Source: a virus (taxonomy: Duplodnaviria > Heunggongvirae > Uroviricota > Caudoviricetes). Taken from it: a DNA stretch of 6,465 nucleotides. Made by a program: the position numbers and the translations under genes. Of this stretch, positions 6,394-6,465 are shown in pieces. Every line of letters starts with the position of its first letter. Position 1 is the stretch's first letter. Location: positions 1-6,465 of the IMG/VR virus record IMGVR_UViG_2778261313_000001; one strand, written 5' to 3'. The notes below the pieces were generated by a model. That model ran no database searches. It was not told the origin of the DNA and saw only the letters and a list, made by a program, of their open reading frames with translations.

Positions 6394-6465
6394 TGACTCC
6401 AACTTATTGATAGTGTTTTATGTTCAGATAATGCCCGATGACTTTGTCATGCAGCTCCACCGATT
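6389..6465 (-). mobile_element. IS1 insertion sequence, terminal 77 bp (right inverted repeat end); the element continues beyond the window
   Basis: 6389-6465 reads GGTAATGACTCCAACTTATTGATAGTGTTTTATGTTCAGATAATGCCCGATGACTTTGTCATGCAGCTCCACCGATT, which I recognise as the reverse complement of the IS1 right end, including the 23-bp terminal repeat GGTAATGACTCCAACTTATTGAT. From memory, not a search. Confidence 0.88.
6404..6465 (-). CDS. insB: IS1 transposase InsB, C-terminal ~20 codons (partial)
   Basis: - strand translation ends ...[21 protein letters not shown] with stop TAA at 6406..6404, matching the InsB C-terminus as recalled. Confidence 0.8.
   Translation of the reverse strand, partial: [19 protein letters not shown]

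Overview
This window is a siphovirus-type (lambda-like) tail morphogenesis module bracketed by two different insertion sequences, most likely a prophage or defective prophage in an IS-rich enterobacterial (E. coli/Shigella-type) genome. All calls are from reading the sequence and from recalled family features; no database search was run. Left to right on the + strand: the terminal 175 bp of an IS2 element (transposase on the - strand, reading out of the window); a ~200-aa 3' fragment of a fiber/spike gene carrying a Peptidase S74-like intramolecular chaperone domain; a lambda gpV-like major tail tube protein gene whose UGA stop is followed by 41 in-frame sense codons and then a terminator; an unknown 168-aa acid-poor protein; a tail assembly chaperone pair with the G/GT overlap geometry (-1 frame open across the G stop); an 809-aa tape measure protein; a strong hairpin terminator that sequesters the next gene's Shine-Dalgarno; two post-tape-measure tail genes, the second of which runs straight into the end of an IS1 element that supplies its stop codon. 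All phage genes are co-oriented on + with good Shine-Dalgarno sequences; every antisense ORF in the track looks spurious. I saw no tRNA, CRISPR, toxin-antitoxin or defence-system signature. The most notable points are the two IS junctions inside tail genes, the in-frame UGA extension of the major tail protein, and the terminator/SD-sequestering hairpin after the tape measure gene.
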